64,000 nucleotides of DNA. Source: the human T2T-CHM13v2.0 reference genome, Homo sapiens. This document shows positions 26,125 to 46,224 of this stretch, one piece after another (the stretch's first letter is position 1; each line of letters starts with the position of its first letter). The translations under genes and the position numbers were made by a program. The DNA is taken from assembly GCF_009914755.1 (NCBI RefSeq), contig NC_060947.1. One strand, written 5' to 3'. The notes beneath the pieces are model-generated. The model was not told where the DNA came from, made no database searches, and saw only the letters and a program-made list of their open reading frames with translations.

Positions 26125-26460
26125 GAGAAAGGACTAGCTGGATTTCCTAAGCCGACTAAGAATTCCTAAGCCTAGCTGGGGAAGGTGACTGCACCCACCT
26201 TTAAACACAGGGCTTGTAACTCAGCTCACACCCGACCAATCAGGTAGTAAAGAGGGCTCGCTAAAATATCAATTAGGCTAAAAGCAGGAGGTAAAGAAAT
26301 AGTCAAATCATCTATCACCTGAGAGCACGGGGAGGGACAATCGTCGGAATATAAACCCAGGCATTTGAGCCGGATAGGCAACCCCTTTGGGTCCCTCCAC
26401 CCCTCCATTGTATCAGAGCTCTGTTTTCACTCTATAAATCTTGCAACTGAAAAAAAAAAG
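26125..26460 (+). mobile_element. HERV-W LTR17 U3-R fragment with poly(A): L1-retroposed processed copy
   Basis: GGACTAGCTGGATTTCCTAAGCCGACTAAGAATTCCTAAGCCTAGCTGGG...AAATCTTGCAACTG then A10; no U5; 15-bp TSD ACT(A/G)TTATCAGAGTG at 26110-26124 and 26469-26483. Confidence 0.88.
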
Positions 26461-26564
26461 AGAGAGAGACTGTTATCAGAGTGAACAGACAACTTACAGA
26501 ACATGAGAAAATTTTAGCTATCTATCCATCTGACAGAGGTCTACTATTCAGAATCTACAAAGGC

Positions 26565-26684
26565 TTTTTTTTTTTTTTGGCAAAGTCTTGTCTGTCACCC
26601 ATACTGGAGTGCAGTGGAGCAATCAAAGCTCACTGCAGCCTCAAACTGCTGGGCTCCCATGATTCTGCCATCTCAGCCTTCTGA
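26565..26684 (-). mobile_element. AluJ/FRAM monomer fragment
   Basis: Poly(T), CTGGAGTGCAGTGG...GCTCACTGCAGCCTCAAACTGCTGGGCTC. Confidence 0.8.
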
Positions 26685-26685
26685 T

Positions 26686-27385
26686 TGACCATTTAAAAAA
26701 ATCTGATTATTTATTTTTTGCTATGGATTTCCTTATATAGTCCGAACATTACCCTGTTGAGAAATACATAATTGCAGATATTTACTTCTATTCTACAGAT
26801 TGTCTCTTTCCTCTTTTGATTGTCTCCTTTGATGAGCAGAAGCTTTTTAGTCTGCTGAAATTTTATTTGTCTATTTTTGCTTTCTTTGCCTATGCTCTTG
26901 AGGTTTTTTGTTAAATCATTGCCAAGATCAATGTAATAAAGTGTTTCCCCTATGTTTTCTTCTAATAGTTTCATAGTTTCAGGTATTACATTTATTCTTT
27001 AATCCATTTTGAGTTGACTTTTGTATATGATGAGAGACAGGGATTTAGTTTTATTCTTCTGCATGTAGAAATCCAGATTATCCACCATGATTTGTTGAAG
27101 AGACTGTCCTTTCCTCAATGTATACTCTTGGTGCCTTTGTAAAAAAACAGTTGCCTATAAGTGTGTGAAATTATTTCTGGATTCTCTATTCTGTTCTGTT
27201 GGTCTATGTGCCTACTGTTAGGCAAATACTATGCTGTTTTGAATACTATAACTTTGTAGTACATTTTGAACTCAAGTAGTGTGATGCCTCTAGCACCTTT
27301 TCTCTCAAGATTGCATTGGCTATTCAGCATCTTTTTTTGTTCCATATGAATGTTAGAATAATCTTTTCTTTCTGCTAAGAATGGT
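26686..27385 (-). mobile_element. L1MA continuation (ORF2)
   Basis: Antisense frame MKLLEENIGETLYYIDLGND. Confidence 0.8.
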
Positions 27386-27390
27386 GCTTT

Positions 27391-30300
27391 GGAAGGATTA
27401 AAACAAGATGGCAGAAAAGAAGGTCAACAATGGTTTCCCTCCCACCCCTTCACGGACACCCCTATTTAACAACTATCTATGCACAAAAAAAGAAACTTTG
27501 TAAGAACCAAAAAATCAGGTAAACACTCACAGTAAATGGTTTTACTTCATATCATTGAAAGAGGCACTGAAGTGGTAGAAAAAAACAATCTCAAATCACT
27601 GACATTACCCCTCCCCCACCCCCAGCTGTGGTAGCATGGTGTGGAGAGTGTTTCTGTGCCCTGCAGAGAGGGAGAACCAGCAATTGTAGAGCATGAAACT
27701 CAGTGCTTCTCTTCTTATAGCAGAAAGGAAAACCAGACCAAATTCAGCTGACACCCACACATAGAGGGAGCATTTAAACCAGCCCTACTAAGAATGGAAT
27801 TATGGATCTGAGCAGTCAGAGCTTGAGTTCCTGCAAGCCTAGTCACCACAGGTTAAAGCGCTCTGGGGCTCCAAATAAACTTAAAAAGCAGTCTAGGCCA
27901 CGAAGACTGCAACACCCAAGCAAGTACTTGTACTGAATTTGGCCCAGAGCCAATGGACTTGGGGAGGCAGCATGTGGCCTATTGAGACACCAACTGGGAT
28001 GGCTGTGGGAGTGCTGGCATCATCCTTCCCCTAACCCCAGGCTGCACAGCTCATAGATCCTTCTACTTGAGAAGAGGAGAGGGAAGATTGGGGAGGACTT
28101 TGTCTTGTATCTTGGATACCAGCTCAGCCACAGCAAGATACAGCACTGGTTAGAGTCATGATGCCCTAGCTCACAGACATGTCTAAATACGTCAGTGATT
28201 TGAGAGAGTTTTTTTCTACCTCTTCAGTGCCTCTTTAAGCAATATGAAGTTAAAACCAGGTGCTGTGAGTGCTTACCTGATTTTGTGGACCAGAAGAGAA
28301 CCCACTGACTTGAAAGGAAGGACCCAGTCCTGGCAGGTTTCATCACCAGCTGAGGCCCCTTGGGACCTGAATAGCCATCAGTGATACCCAGGTATGAAGT
28401 TGAGGGTTTTTGATGAGACCCTGAGAGTTGCTAGCTTCAGGTGAGACTCAGCATATCCTCAAGTGGCTGCGGTGTCTACAGGGTGCGACTCCTTCTGCTT
28501 CAGAAATGAGAAAGTAAAAGTAAAGGGCTCTTGTCTTGCAACTTAGGCAACAGCTTAGCCACAGGGGAAAAGAGCACAAAAGGGCCTCTTGGGGTCCCCG
28601 ATTCAAGGACTCAACTCTTTGAAGGCATTTCTGGACCTGCCGTGGGCAAGACGAGTGCCCACTGCCCTGAAAGGTGAGTCCAAGGCCAGGTGACTTTTAC
28701 ACAAGCCGAAGGAACTGCCCTAGGGCCTTAGGGAAACATTGGCAGAAGTCTGGCGGTAATCTCTGCGGGCCTGAGGTGGCCGTGGCCATGGGGTGAGGCT
28801 CCTGTGCCTTTGGAAAGGGGAGGGAAGCATGGGGAAGGACTGCATCTTGTGGTTTGAGTGCCAGATCAGTTACAGTACAGTAGAACACCACGTAGAATTG
28901 TAAGGCTTTTGACTCTAGGACCTGGCTCCTGGATGGCACCATTAGACCTGCCTGAGGCCTGGGGTACCTTGTTGCCCTGAAGGGAAGGACACAGTCCTGG
29001 CTGGCATTGCCACCTGCTGACTGTAGAGCCCCAGGGCTCTGAGGGAACATAGGCAGTAGCCAGGGAGTGGTTACAGAAGGCCTTGGACAAGACTAAGTGC
29101 TGTGCTGGCTTCAGGTCTGACTCACAGAAGACCTGGGGGTGTTGGCCACAAGGGTGCTTGTGTCACTCTATCCTCAGTTCCAGGTAGCTCAGAACAGAGA
29201 GAGAGACCCCGTTTGTTTAGAAGAAAGTAAGGAAAGAGAACAAGAGTCTGTGCCTGGTAATCCATATAATTCTTCTGGATTTTGTCCAAGACCATCAGGG
29301 TGGTACCTTAAGAGTGTGCAAGAACCACAGCATTAGTGGCCTTGGCATCCTTTCTAAAGCAGATACAGCTGAGATCACAACACCGAAGTCCTCTCAAATA
29401 TCTGGATAGCCCTCCCAAGGACAGGTAAAAACAAGCCTAGACTGTGAACACTACAATTAATACCTAAATCTTCAATGCCTAGAGACAGATGAATATCTAC
29501 AAGCATCAAGATCATTCAGGAAAATATGACCTTGCCAAATGAACTAAATAAGGCACCAGGGACCAATCATAGAGAAACAGATATGTGTATTTTTCTGCCA
29601 GAGAATTCAAAATAGCTGTGTTGAGGAAACTCCGACAAATTCAAGATGACACAGAGAAAGAACTCAGAATTCTTTCAGAATTTAACAAAGATATTTAAAA
29701 TTTAATAAAGAGATTGAAATTACTAAAAAGAATCAAGTAGAAATTCTAGAGTTGAAAAATGCAATTGGCATACTGAAGAATGCATGAGAGTCTTTTAATA
29801 GCAGAATCGATGAAGCAGAAGAAAAAAATAGTGAGCTTGAAGAGAGGCTATTTGAAAATATGCAGTTAGTAGAGACAAAAGAAAAAAAATGAAGTACACC
29901 TACAGGATGTAATAAATAGTCTCAATAGGGCGAATCTAAAAGTTATTGGCCTTAAAGAGAAAGTAGAGAATGAGTTAGGGATAGAAAGTTTATTCAAAAG
30001 GATAATGACACAGAACTTCCCAAACTTAGAGAAAGATATCAATATTGAAGTTCAAGAAGGTGATAAACCACCAAGCAGATTTAACCCAAAGTAGACTACC
30101 TCAAGGTATTTAATAATCGAACTCACAAAGGTCAAAGACAAAGAAAGGATCCTAAAAACAGCAGCCAAAAAGAAATAACATACAATGGAGCTCCAATAGG
30201 TCCAGCAGCAGACTTTTCAGTGGAAACCTTACAGGCCAGGAGAGAGTAGCATGATATATTCAAAGTGCTGAAGGAAAAGAACTTTCACCTCAGAATGGCA

Positions 30301-33300
30301 TATCTGGCAAAATCATCCTTCAGACATGAAGGAGAAAGAAAGACTTTCCTAGACAAACAAAAACTGAGTGATTTCATCAACACCAGACTTGTCCTACAAG
30401 AAATGTGAAAGGGACTGCTTAAATCAGAAAGAAAATGACTTTAATCAGCAATGAGAAATTATCTGAAGGTACAACACTAACTAGTAATAGTACACAGAAA
30501 AACACAGACTATTATAACACTGTAACTGCAGGGTGTAAACTACTCTTAAGTAGAAAGATGAAACAATAAGCCAATAAAAAATAATGACAACACATTTTCA
30601 AGATATAGACAGTACAAAAAGACATAAGTAGCAACAATTAAATATTTAAAGGTAGGGGTACACAGTTAAGGCATATAATCTTTATTAGTTATTTTTTCAC
30701 TTGTTTGGTTATGCAAACAGTGCTATTAGTATAAAATAATAGGTTACAAGACAGTATTTGTGTGCCTCATGGTAACATCCAACCAAAAAAAACATGCAAC
30801 AGATACACATATAAAGCAAAAAGACTATATCCTATCACCAGAGAAAATCACCTTCACAAAAATGAAGACAGGAAGGAAAGAAGGAAAAGACCACATACTC
30901 ACCAGAAAAAAAATAACAAAATTGAAAGAGTAAGTCTTTACTTATCAATAACAAAATAGAATGTAAAACTAAACTCTCCAATCAAAAGACATAGAGTGAC
31001 TGCATGGATAAAGAAATGAGGTTGATTGATCTATTGCCTATAAGAAATGCATTTCACCTGTAAAGACACACATAGACTGAAAGTAAAGGGACGGAAAAAA
31101 ATTTCCATGCCAATGGAAACCTAAAAGGAGCAGGAGTCGCTATACTTTATATAAAGCAAATGTTATTAGAGATATAAAGGGATAGACTTCAATACAGTAA
31201 TAACTGGAGACTTCAGCACCAGACTTTCAGTGTTAGACAGATCTTCCAGATAGAAATCCAACAAATAAACATCAGACTTAATCTGCACTATAGACCAAAC
31301 TGATCAAAGCCTGAGACCCTATGATTTTACTGCTTTATTTTACCAATCATTTATAGAAGAGATAGTATCAGTCATACCTCAACTATTCCAAAAAAGAGAG
31401 GAGGTAATACTTCCAAACTCATTCTATGAGGCTGGCATTACCCAGATACCAAAACAAGACAAAGACACATAAACAAACAAACCCAAAACAAAAAAACCCT
31501 GCAGACCAATAACTCTGACGAATATTGATGCAAAATTTGTCAACAAATTACTACTATAACAAACAAAATTCAACAATACAATTAAAAGATAATTCAGCAT
31601 GACCAAATGGAATTTATCCCTGAAATGTAAAGATGGTTCAACATGTGCAAATCAATGTGATACATCATACAAACAGAATGTATAGCAAAAACTATATGAT
31701 CATTTCAATTGTGGCTGAAAACACATTTGATAAAATCCAACATCTCCTCATGATAAAAACCCTCAGAAAACTGGGTATGGAAGGAACATACCTCAACACA
31801 ATAAAAGCCATATACTTAAAACCCAAGCTAGTATCATACTAAATACTGAAAAAATAACATCCTTTTCTCTAAGATCTGGAATACAGCAAGGATATCTGCT
31901 TTTACTCCTGTTATTTAACATGGTACCTGAAGTCGTACCTAGAGCAATCAGACTTGAGAAAGATAGAAAGGGCATCTAAATCTGAAAGGAAGAATTCAAA
32001 TTATCCTTGCTTGCAGGTGATATGATCCTATATTTGGAAAAGTTTGACGACTCCACAAAAAACTATTAGCACTGATGAACAAATTAGGTAAAGTTGCAGC
32101 ATACAAAATCAGCATACAAAAATCACTAGCATTTCTATATGCCAATAGTGAAAAATCCAAAAAATAAATAAAAAATGTAACTCCATTTGTAATAGCCACA
32201 AATAAAATTAAACACCTAGGAATTAACCAATGAAGTGAAATATCTCTATAATGAAAACTACTAAACATTGATGAAACTCATTGAAGAAGGCACGAAAAAA
32301 TGGAAAGATATAGTATGTTCATGGATTAGAAGAATCAATTTTGTTAAAATGTCCATACTATCCAAAGAAATCTACAGATTCAATGCAATCCCTGCCAAAA
32401 CACCAATGATATTATATACAGAAATAGAAAAAAAATTCTAAAATTTTTATTGAACCACAAAAGACCCAAAATAGCTAAAGCTACCTTAAGCAAAAAGATC
32501 AAAAGGAGGAATCACATTACTTGACTTCAAATTACAGAGATATAGTTAGCAAAACTGCATGGTACTGACATAAAAACAGACAGACCAATGTAACGGAACA
32601 CAGAACCCAGAAACAAATCTGCACACCTACAGTGAACTCATTTTTGTCAAAAGTGCCAATAATATAAACTGGGAAAAGAAATTTCTTCAATAAATGATGC
32701 TGGGAAAGCTAGATATCCATATGCAGAAGAATATAACTAGAACCCTATCTCTCATCATATCCAAAAATCAAACCAAAATGAATTAACAACTAAAATCTAA
32801 GACCTCAAACTATGAAACTACTACAAGAAAACATTGGGAAAACTCTCCAAGACCTTGGTCTGAGCAAAAATTTCTTGAGCACTATTCCACAAGCACAGGT
32901 GACCAAAGCAAAAATGGACAAATGGGATCACATCAAGTTAAAATTCTTCTCCACAGCAAAGGATACAATCAACAAAGTGAAGCAAAAACCCACAGAATGG
33001 GAGAAAATATCTGCAGACTACCCATCTGACAATGAATTAATAACCAGAATATATAAGGTGTTCAAAGAACTCTATAGGAAAAAAATCTAATAATCTGATC
33101 AAAAAATGGGTAAGATTTGAATAGACATTTCTAAAAAAAAAAAGATGTACAAATGGCAGACAGGCCATATGAAAAAATGCTCAACATCATTGATTATCGG
33201 AGAAATGCAAATCAAAACTAAAATGAGATATCATCTCACCCTAGTTAAAATGGCTTATATTAAAAAGAGAGGCAATAACAAATGCTGGTGAGGACCTGTA

Positions 33301-34130
33301 GGAAAGGGAACCCTTGTACACTGTTGGTGGGAATGTAAATTAGTACAATCACTATGGAGAACAGTTTGAAGTTTCTTCAAAAATCTAAAAATTGAGCTAC
33401 CATATGATCCAGCAATCCCACTGTTGGGTATACACTCAAAAGAAAGGAAATCAGTATAATCAGTATATGGAAGAGATATTTGCACTCCTACAGCAGTGTT
33501 TGCAATAGCTAAGATTTGGAAGCAACCTAAGTGTCCATCAACAGATGAATGGATAAAGAAAATGTGGTACTTATACACAATGGAGTACTATTCAGCCATG
33601 AAACAAAATGGTATCCAGTCATTTGCAACAACGTGAATGGAACTGGAGATCATTGTGTTAAGTGAAATAAGCCAGGCATGGAAAGACAAACCTCACATGT
33701 TCTCACTCTTTTGTGGGATCTAAAAATCAAAACAATGAACTCATGAACATAGAGAGTAGAAGGATAGTTAGCAGACGCTGGGATGGGTATTGCAGGTTGG
33801 CAGGGGGAGGTGGGAATGGTTAACGGGTACACAAAAAGATGGAAATAATGAATAAGAACTACTATTTGATAGCACAATAGGATTAGATAGTCAATAATAA
33901 CTTAGTTGTACATTTTAAAATAATGTAAATTTACGAGTGTAGATTGTTCACAACTGAAAGGATAAATGCTTGAGGGGATGGATACTGCATTCTCTAGAAT
34001 GTGTTTCACATTGCATGCCTGTATCAAAACATCTCATGTACCTCATAAATATATACACCTACTATGTACCCTGAAACATAACAATAAATAAATAAATAAA
34101 ATATAAACATTGAAAATAAAAAAATGTAAA
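27391..34130 (+). mobile_element. Near full-length L1MA1/2-like element (long GC-richer 5'UTR, decayed ORF1/ORF2 with internal deletions near 31150 and 31300)
   Basis: Start ...AACAAGATGGCAGAA; ORF1 remnants ~29500-30440; 3'UTR GGATAAATGCTTGAGGGGATGGATAC...CACCTACTATGTACCC plus A-rich tail. Confidence 0.9.
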
Positions 34131-34149
34131 AATAATGATATTTTGGAAT

Positions 34150-34252
34150 CCAATTGTTTCAGAATCTCTAGGTATAAGGCCCAAGTCTTTGCATTTTAAA
34201 CAAATCACCTAACTCCATGATTCTTATGAATTTTTAAGTTTGAGAACAATTG
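34150..34252. mobile_element. MER5-like DNA transposon relic
   Basis: TCAGAATCTCTAGG...TGCATTTTAAACAA...TGATTCTTATG...AAGTTTGAGAAC. Confidence 0.5.
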
Positions 34253-35099
34253 CCTTAAGGAAGTAGGGGTAGATTAACTCAAATAAGGTACTATTGTATA
34301 ATCTTTTTTGATGGAAAATACACTGCCCTGGCCAGCAAGAGACCTAGAGTGTAGTTCTGGTTTTACGTTTTGTTTTCTGTGAGATCTTGAGTTAATGATG
34401 TCATCTCTTTCAGCACAATTTTCCTTTTCTGTACTTTTCTGAAAGATTTGATCCAGAGAAACTCTTACATCTTCTTCAGCCTTAATATTCTATGAATCTA
34501 CACAGAGAATATTAAATCAATGAACTTGTTTTATGAGGTCAGAGTATCTAGCACCCAGTACAATGTCTGACACATAATACCAATTAAATACATATTAATT
34601 ATATGAGTGCAGACACAAAATATAAACAAACAAGTTCAAGCAGGACTGAAATACATTCTCAGTTGATCAATATGTAATGGACAGTGCTTTGAGGAAAGCT
34701 AATAAAATATTTGGAAGCTCTCTTTAAACCTGTGAGAACAATCATAAATTTTATTTATATCATATCTTGGTGGCCATCTGGGTTGAATACTTGGCTGAAT
34801 AGATCTTAATTGGATCTGATTCCATTCATAATTATCCTTTTACACAAAGTTTCATTTGACAGCTACACCTCATTGAGGTCTCCTCACAGTAACTCCCCAC
34901 CAATCCCCTAGCAATCATACCATGACATTTAACACTTGTGTGATCTTTCAAGTTACATTTCATCTGTTTAAGCCTAATTTTTCACAGTACATCAAGCTCC
35001 TGGGAGCCAAAAATCATAGCCCTTTCCGTATATCCAGCAGTGTCCATATAGACTTGAATACCTAGGCAACCAGTAAATACTTGATTAATAGGTGTTAAA

Positions 35100-35240
35100 C
35101 TTTTACATTTCTGCAGTGCTTCACAAATTGCAAAGAGTTCTTAAAAGTAGTTCATTTGATTTTCACAATCACTGTAAGAGGCAGTCAGATAAGGAATTAT
35201 TATTCCTATTTCATAGATGAAGAAACTGAGGCTTAAGGAA
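35100..35240 (-). mobile_element. MIR relic
   Basis: MIR core ATTATTATTCCTATTTCATAGATGAAGAAACTGAGGCTTA. Confidence 0.65.
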
Positions 35241-35760
35241 TTTATATGGTGAACAATAACACATGTCAGTGTTCTTTCTGCTATACCACAATACACTGTA
35301 TCTTATTGTTGAAAGGAGAGGCAAGGACATACATTTTAGGATCCAACAACTTTCTGTCTTAAAAATTTCAGCCCCTTCTAATAAAAAATGTTTGTACTAG
35401 AGAAAGCCAACAAAAAAAAATTAAAGACTAATGCCTAGGACTTTATGAGTTTCTAATTAGGATAAGGAGAAATATTAATTATTGAATAGTAGTTTCATTG
35501 CATTTTGAACTTGATATTGTCTTCATTCTAGAGTTTTCTAAATTTCTGTACCCGAATTCTTTTTTATCTTCCTGATTTCCAGCAAACATTTGTATCCAAA
35601 TGGATCAATATTTGTTATCAAGTGAACCCAAGGTCTCTTGCTTCTTATGTCTTAATCTTTTGTTATTGTCGTTGTTTTTTTCAAGTTAACATATTGATGA
35701 ATGCTTTAAAAGTGAAAAGTGAATACAATAATTTATGAGGCTATATAAGAAAATTAATCA

Positions 35761-36060
<300 letters not shown>

Positions 36061-36267
36061 TCATTTAATTTTCCCAAGACCTATATTAGCAGATTTAGAA
36101 AAATAGCCTTATGTGCAATAAACAGATTTGACAAAGGTAAGTCACCCTTTCCTCTGACCCAGTGTGCCAGCGGAGACACAGGTTGTGAAATCCTTAATGC
36201 AAGGGTAAACTAGGCATTTTAAAATGGCATATGATTAGAAAGATAACCCTTAGAAAGCAAAACGTGT

Positions 36268-36527
36268 CTAAATGATCCCATTACTCGAGTAGTTTTTCAA
36301 ACCTTCTTCTGCTTCCTCCCTCCTTTCTTTAGTGGACCCCAGTATCTATTGTTCCCATCTTTGGTGTCCATGTGTACTCGCTGTTTAGCTCCCACTTGAA
36401 AGTGAAAACATGTGGCATTTGGTCTTCTCTTCCTGCCTTAATTTTTCTAAACAATATACCCATGTAAGAAACCTACACATGTATCCTCTGAAACTAAAAT
36501 AAAAGCTAATTTAAAAAAAAAAAAAAA
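36268..36527 (+). mobile_element. Short L1PA15/16-like insertion with 5' inversion
   Basis: Antisense 3'UTR piece (~36270-36447), then sense extreme 3' end CAATATACCCATGTAAGAAACC plus poly(A); TSD AGAAAGCAAAA(C/T)GTGT at 36252-36267 and 36528-36543. Confidence 0.85.
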
Positions 36528-37179
36528 AGAAAGCAAAATGTGTGTCCATGAATAGACTGGAAGGAAAGCTACATTTAAATATGTAATGTGCAGTTAGAAA
36601 AAAATGATAGAGATTCACATGATAAATAAAATATGCTTGATAAAAATAGATTAGTTTATCTACTCTAGAACCAGTAATAAGTGGCTAGAATTCACTTGAT
36701 TGGAAACTAATGACAAGCAAAAACAAAGTAAGTAAACTAAACTTTCTGCAAGTGATTTCAAAGATCTGTGTCAGATATTCATCTGCATGCATACACACAT
36801 TGAGCCAGAGATCAACATTTGATATATAAAGTTAAATGAATTTTTAAAGAAATAGCTATTTCTTTAAAATGTTGTATGGCATCGATATTTTATTAAATGA
36901 AAGATAGTGTACCAGATGTGCCCAGTTCCCATAGCAGCTCTTCGATTGGTAGGCCTATTAACTCTCTAAGGCAGTGAGAAGACCACTGAGGGCGTGAACA
37001 ATAAAATTGTGCTGCCCTTTGAATGTGAAAACTGTGCTGGTCATATACTCTATTTAGGTGAAATTGTTTTGAGTGCTGTTTTGATTCTCCTAAATGTTTG
37101 CCTTGAGCCATCTATGCCCAGGGCAAAATTGCTAGGTCGAAGTTGTCTTTGACTTCCTTCAATATCCTTTTCTAGAAGT

Positions 37180-37395
37180 AATAATAACAGTATTAGCTAA
37201 CATGTACTGAGCACTTACTGTGTACTAGGCACTACACTAAGCACAACAACCCTATGAGATAGTTACTATCTGTCATTATTCACATCTTGCAAAGAAACTG
37301 AAATACACAGAGGTCAAATAACTTGTCCTAAGACCACACTGCCACTAGGTGTTAAAACTTGAGAATTGCCCCCACAAATTAACTCTTAAAACATT
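37180..37395 (-). mobile_element. MIR
   Basis: GCTAACATGTACTGAGCACTTACTGTGTACTAGGCAC...GAAACTGAAATACACAGAGGTCAAATAACTTGTCC. Confidence 0.75.
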
Positions 37396-37540
37396 GATCC
37401 TAGCTCCATCATTATACTAGTATACACACCTTTCCTTCTAGATTTTAGAATTTAGAATTTCCTCTCTCCTGCCCATCAGCCACTTAGTGGACTCAATTGT
37501 GATAATTCCCTCAAGACTTCTAGAGGTTCTGTATTTATCA

Positions 37541-45020
<7,480 letters not shown>

Positions 45021-45149
45021 GCGAAAAATAAACTCAGATGAATAAAATGCTTAAAAACAAGCAAACAAAGAAAAACCAAAACAAAAACAAAAAATGCTTT
45101 CCCCCTCTGAGTCCAAATGTAATTGGGGGAGAAATATCTTGTGCCAAAT

Positions 45150-45410
45150 TCACATGCGAAAATGATCTCAATACATTTTTAAGAGAAAAAGCAGGACACA
45201 CATCTGCATATTCAGCACAATTCCAGTTTTGTAAATATATATTTGAGAACATAATATGTGGAAGAAATGACTGGAATGAAATATTCTAAAATGTAATAAT
45301 GATTCTTACTGGGTGATGGGATTACAAGTGGTTCTGTTTTTTAATATATTTTCTACATTTTCTAAAATCTCTGCAATGAACATTTATTACTTTTATAAAG
45401 AAATATAAAC
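45150..45410 (+). mobile_element. Ancient L1ME 3' end relic
   Basis: GACTGGAATGAAATATTCTAAAATG...CTGGGTGATGGGATTACAAGTG...TGCAATGAACATTTATTACTTTTATAA. Confidence 0.6.
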
Positions 45411-46224
45411 AAACGTGAAACTTCTTTAGTTTCATTTGATGTGAAAAATATCACTCGATCTTATGGACATACTCATCCATTGACTTGTCTTTTAAATAGA
45501 TTTGCAATGATACTCATTCACTTATCTAAAATAAAATGATTTCACCATCTTAAGTCAATAATTTTGCAGATCTGAGAAAGACTTCAGTCATTTGAGATGC
45601 ACATTTGTATGTGATTCACTCCTTGCAATGTTCTTGAAAATTTACCAACTGGGAAGAAAAACTGCTGTTATGCTATTTAAAACATACCACTTGCCCTTTC
45701 TTATTCCTTCCCCACTAGTTAGGTAACATGAAGAGTTTTAATTGGTAAAAGGCTTTGACAAGGCATGGACATATTTCACACAAATTGAAAGCATGCTTAA
45801 GTAGTTTTGAAGAGAACCAGGAAAAGTTAGATGCAACATCGCCACATTTAAAACAAACAAACAAAAAAACCTCTTGTAAAAATAACACTTTGTTATACTG
45901 TGCAATTTACTTGCTGATGTTACCATTTAAATATAATATCCTAGACATATTTGTTGTCTATTACAAAATATTCACTTTATTCCATTGGTACTGGAGTTAA
46001 GTAAAGTCAGTTAAGGGCGGTACACATGTCAGCTTGGAAATCAACTCAGTTTTCACATGAGCACTCCATTTTCTCCCTTCTTTGACACCCAACACCTTAT
46101 TATTCTCTTCATTTTTCATTTTATCAGAACCGTATTTTGGGGAGAAAATAATCCACTTTAAAAGAGGAAAGTGCTTACAACACAAAGGCTTATAAAAATA
46201 AATATTAAAATAAAGAAATAGATG

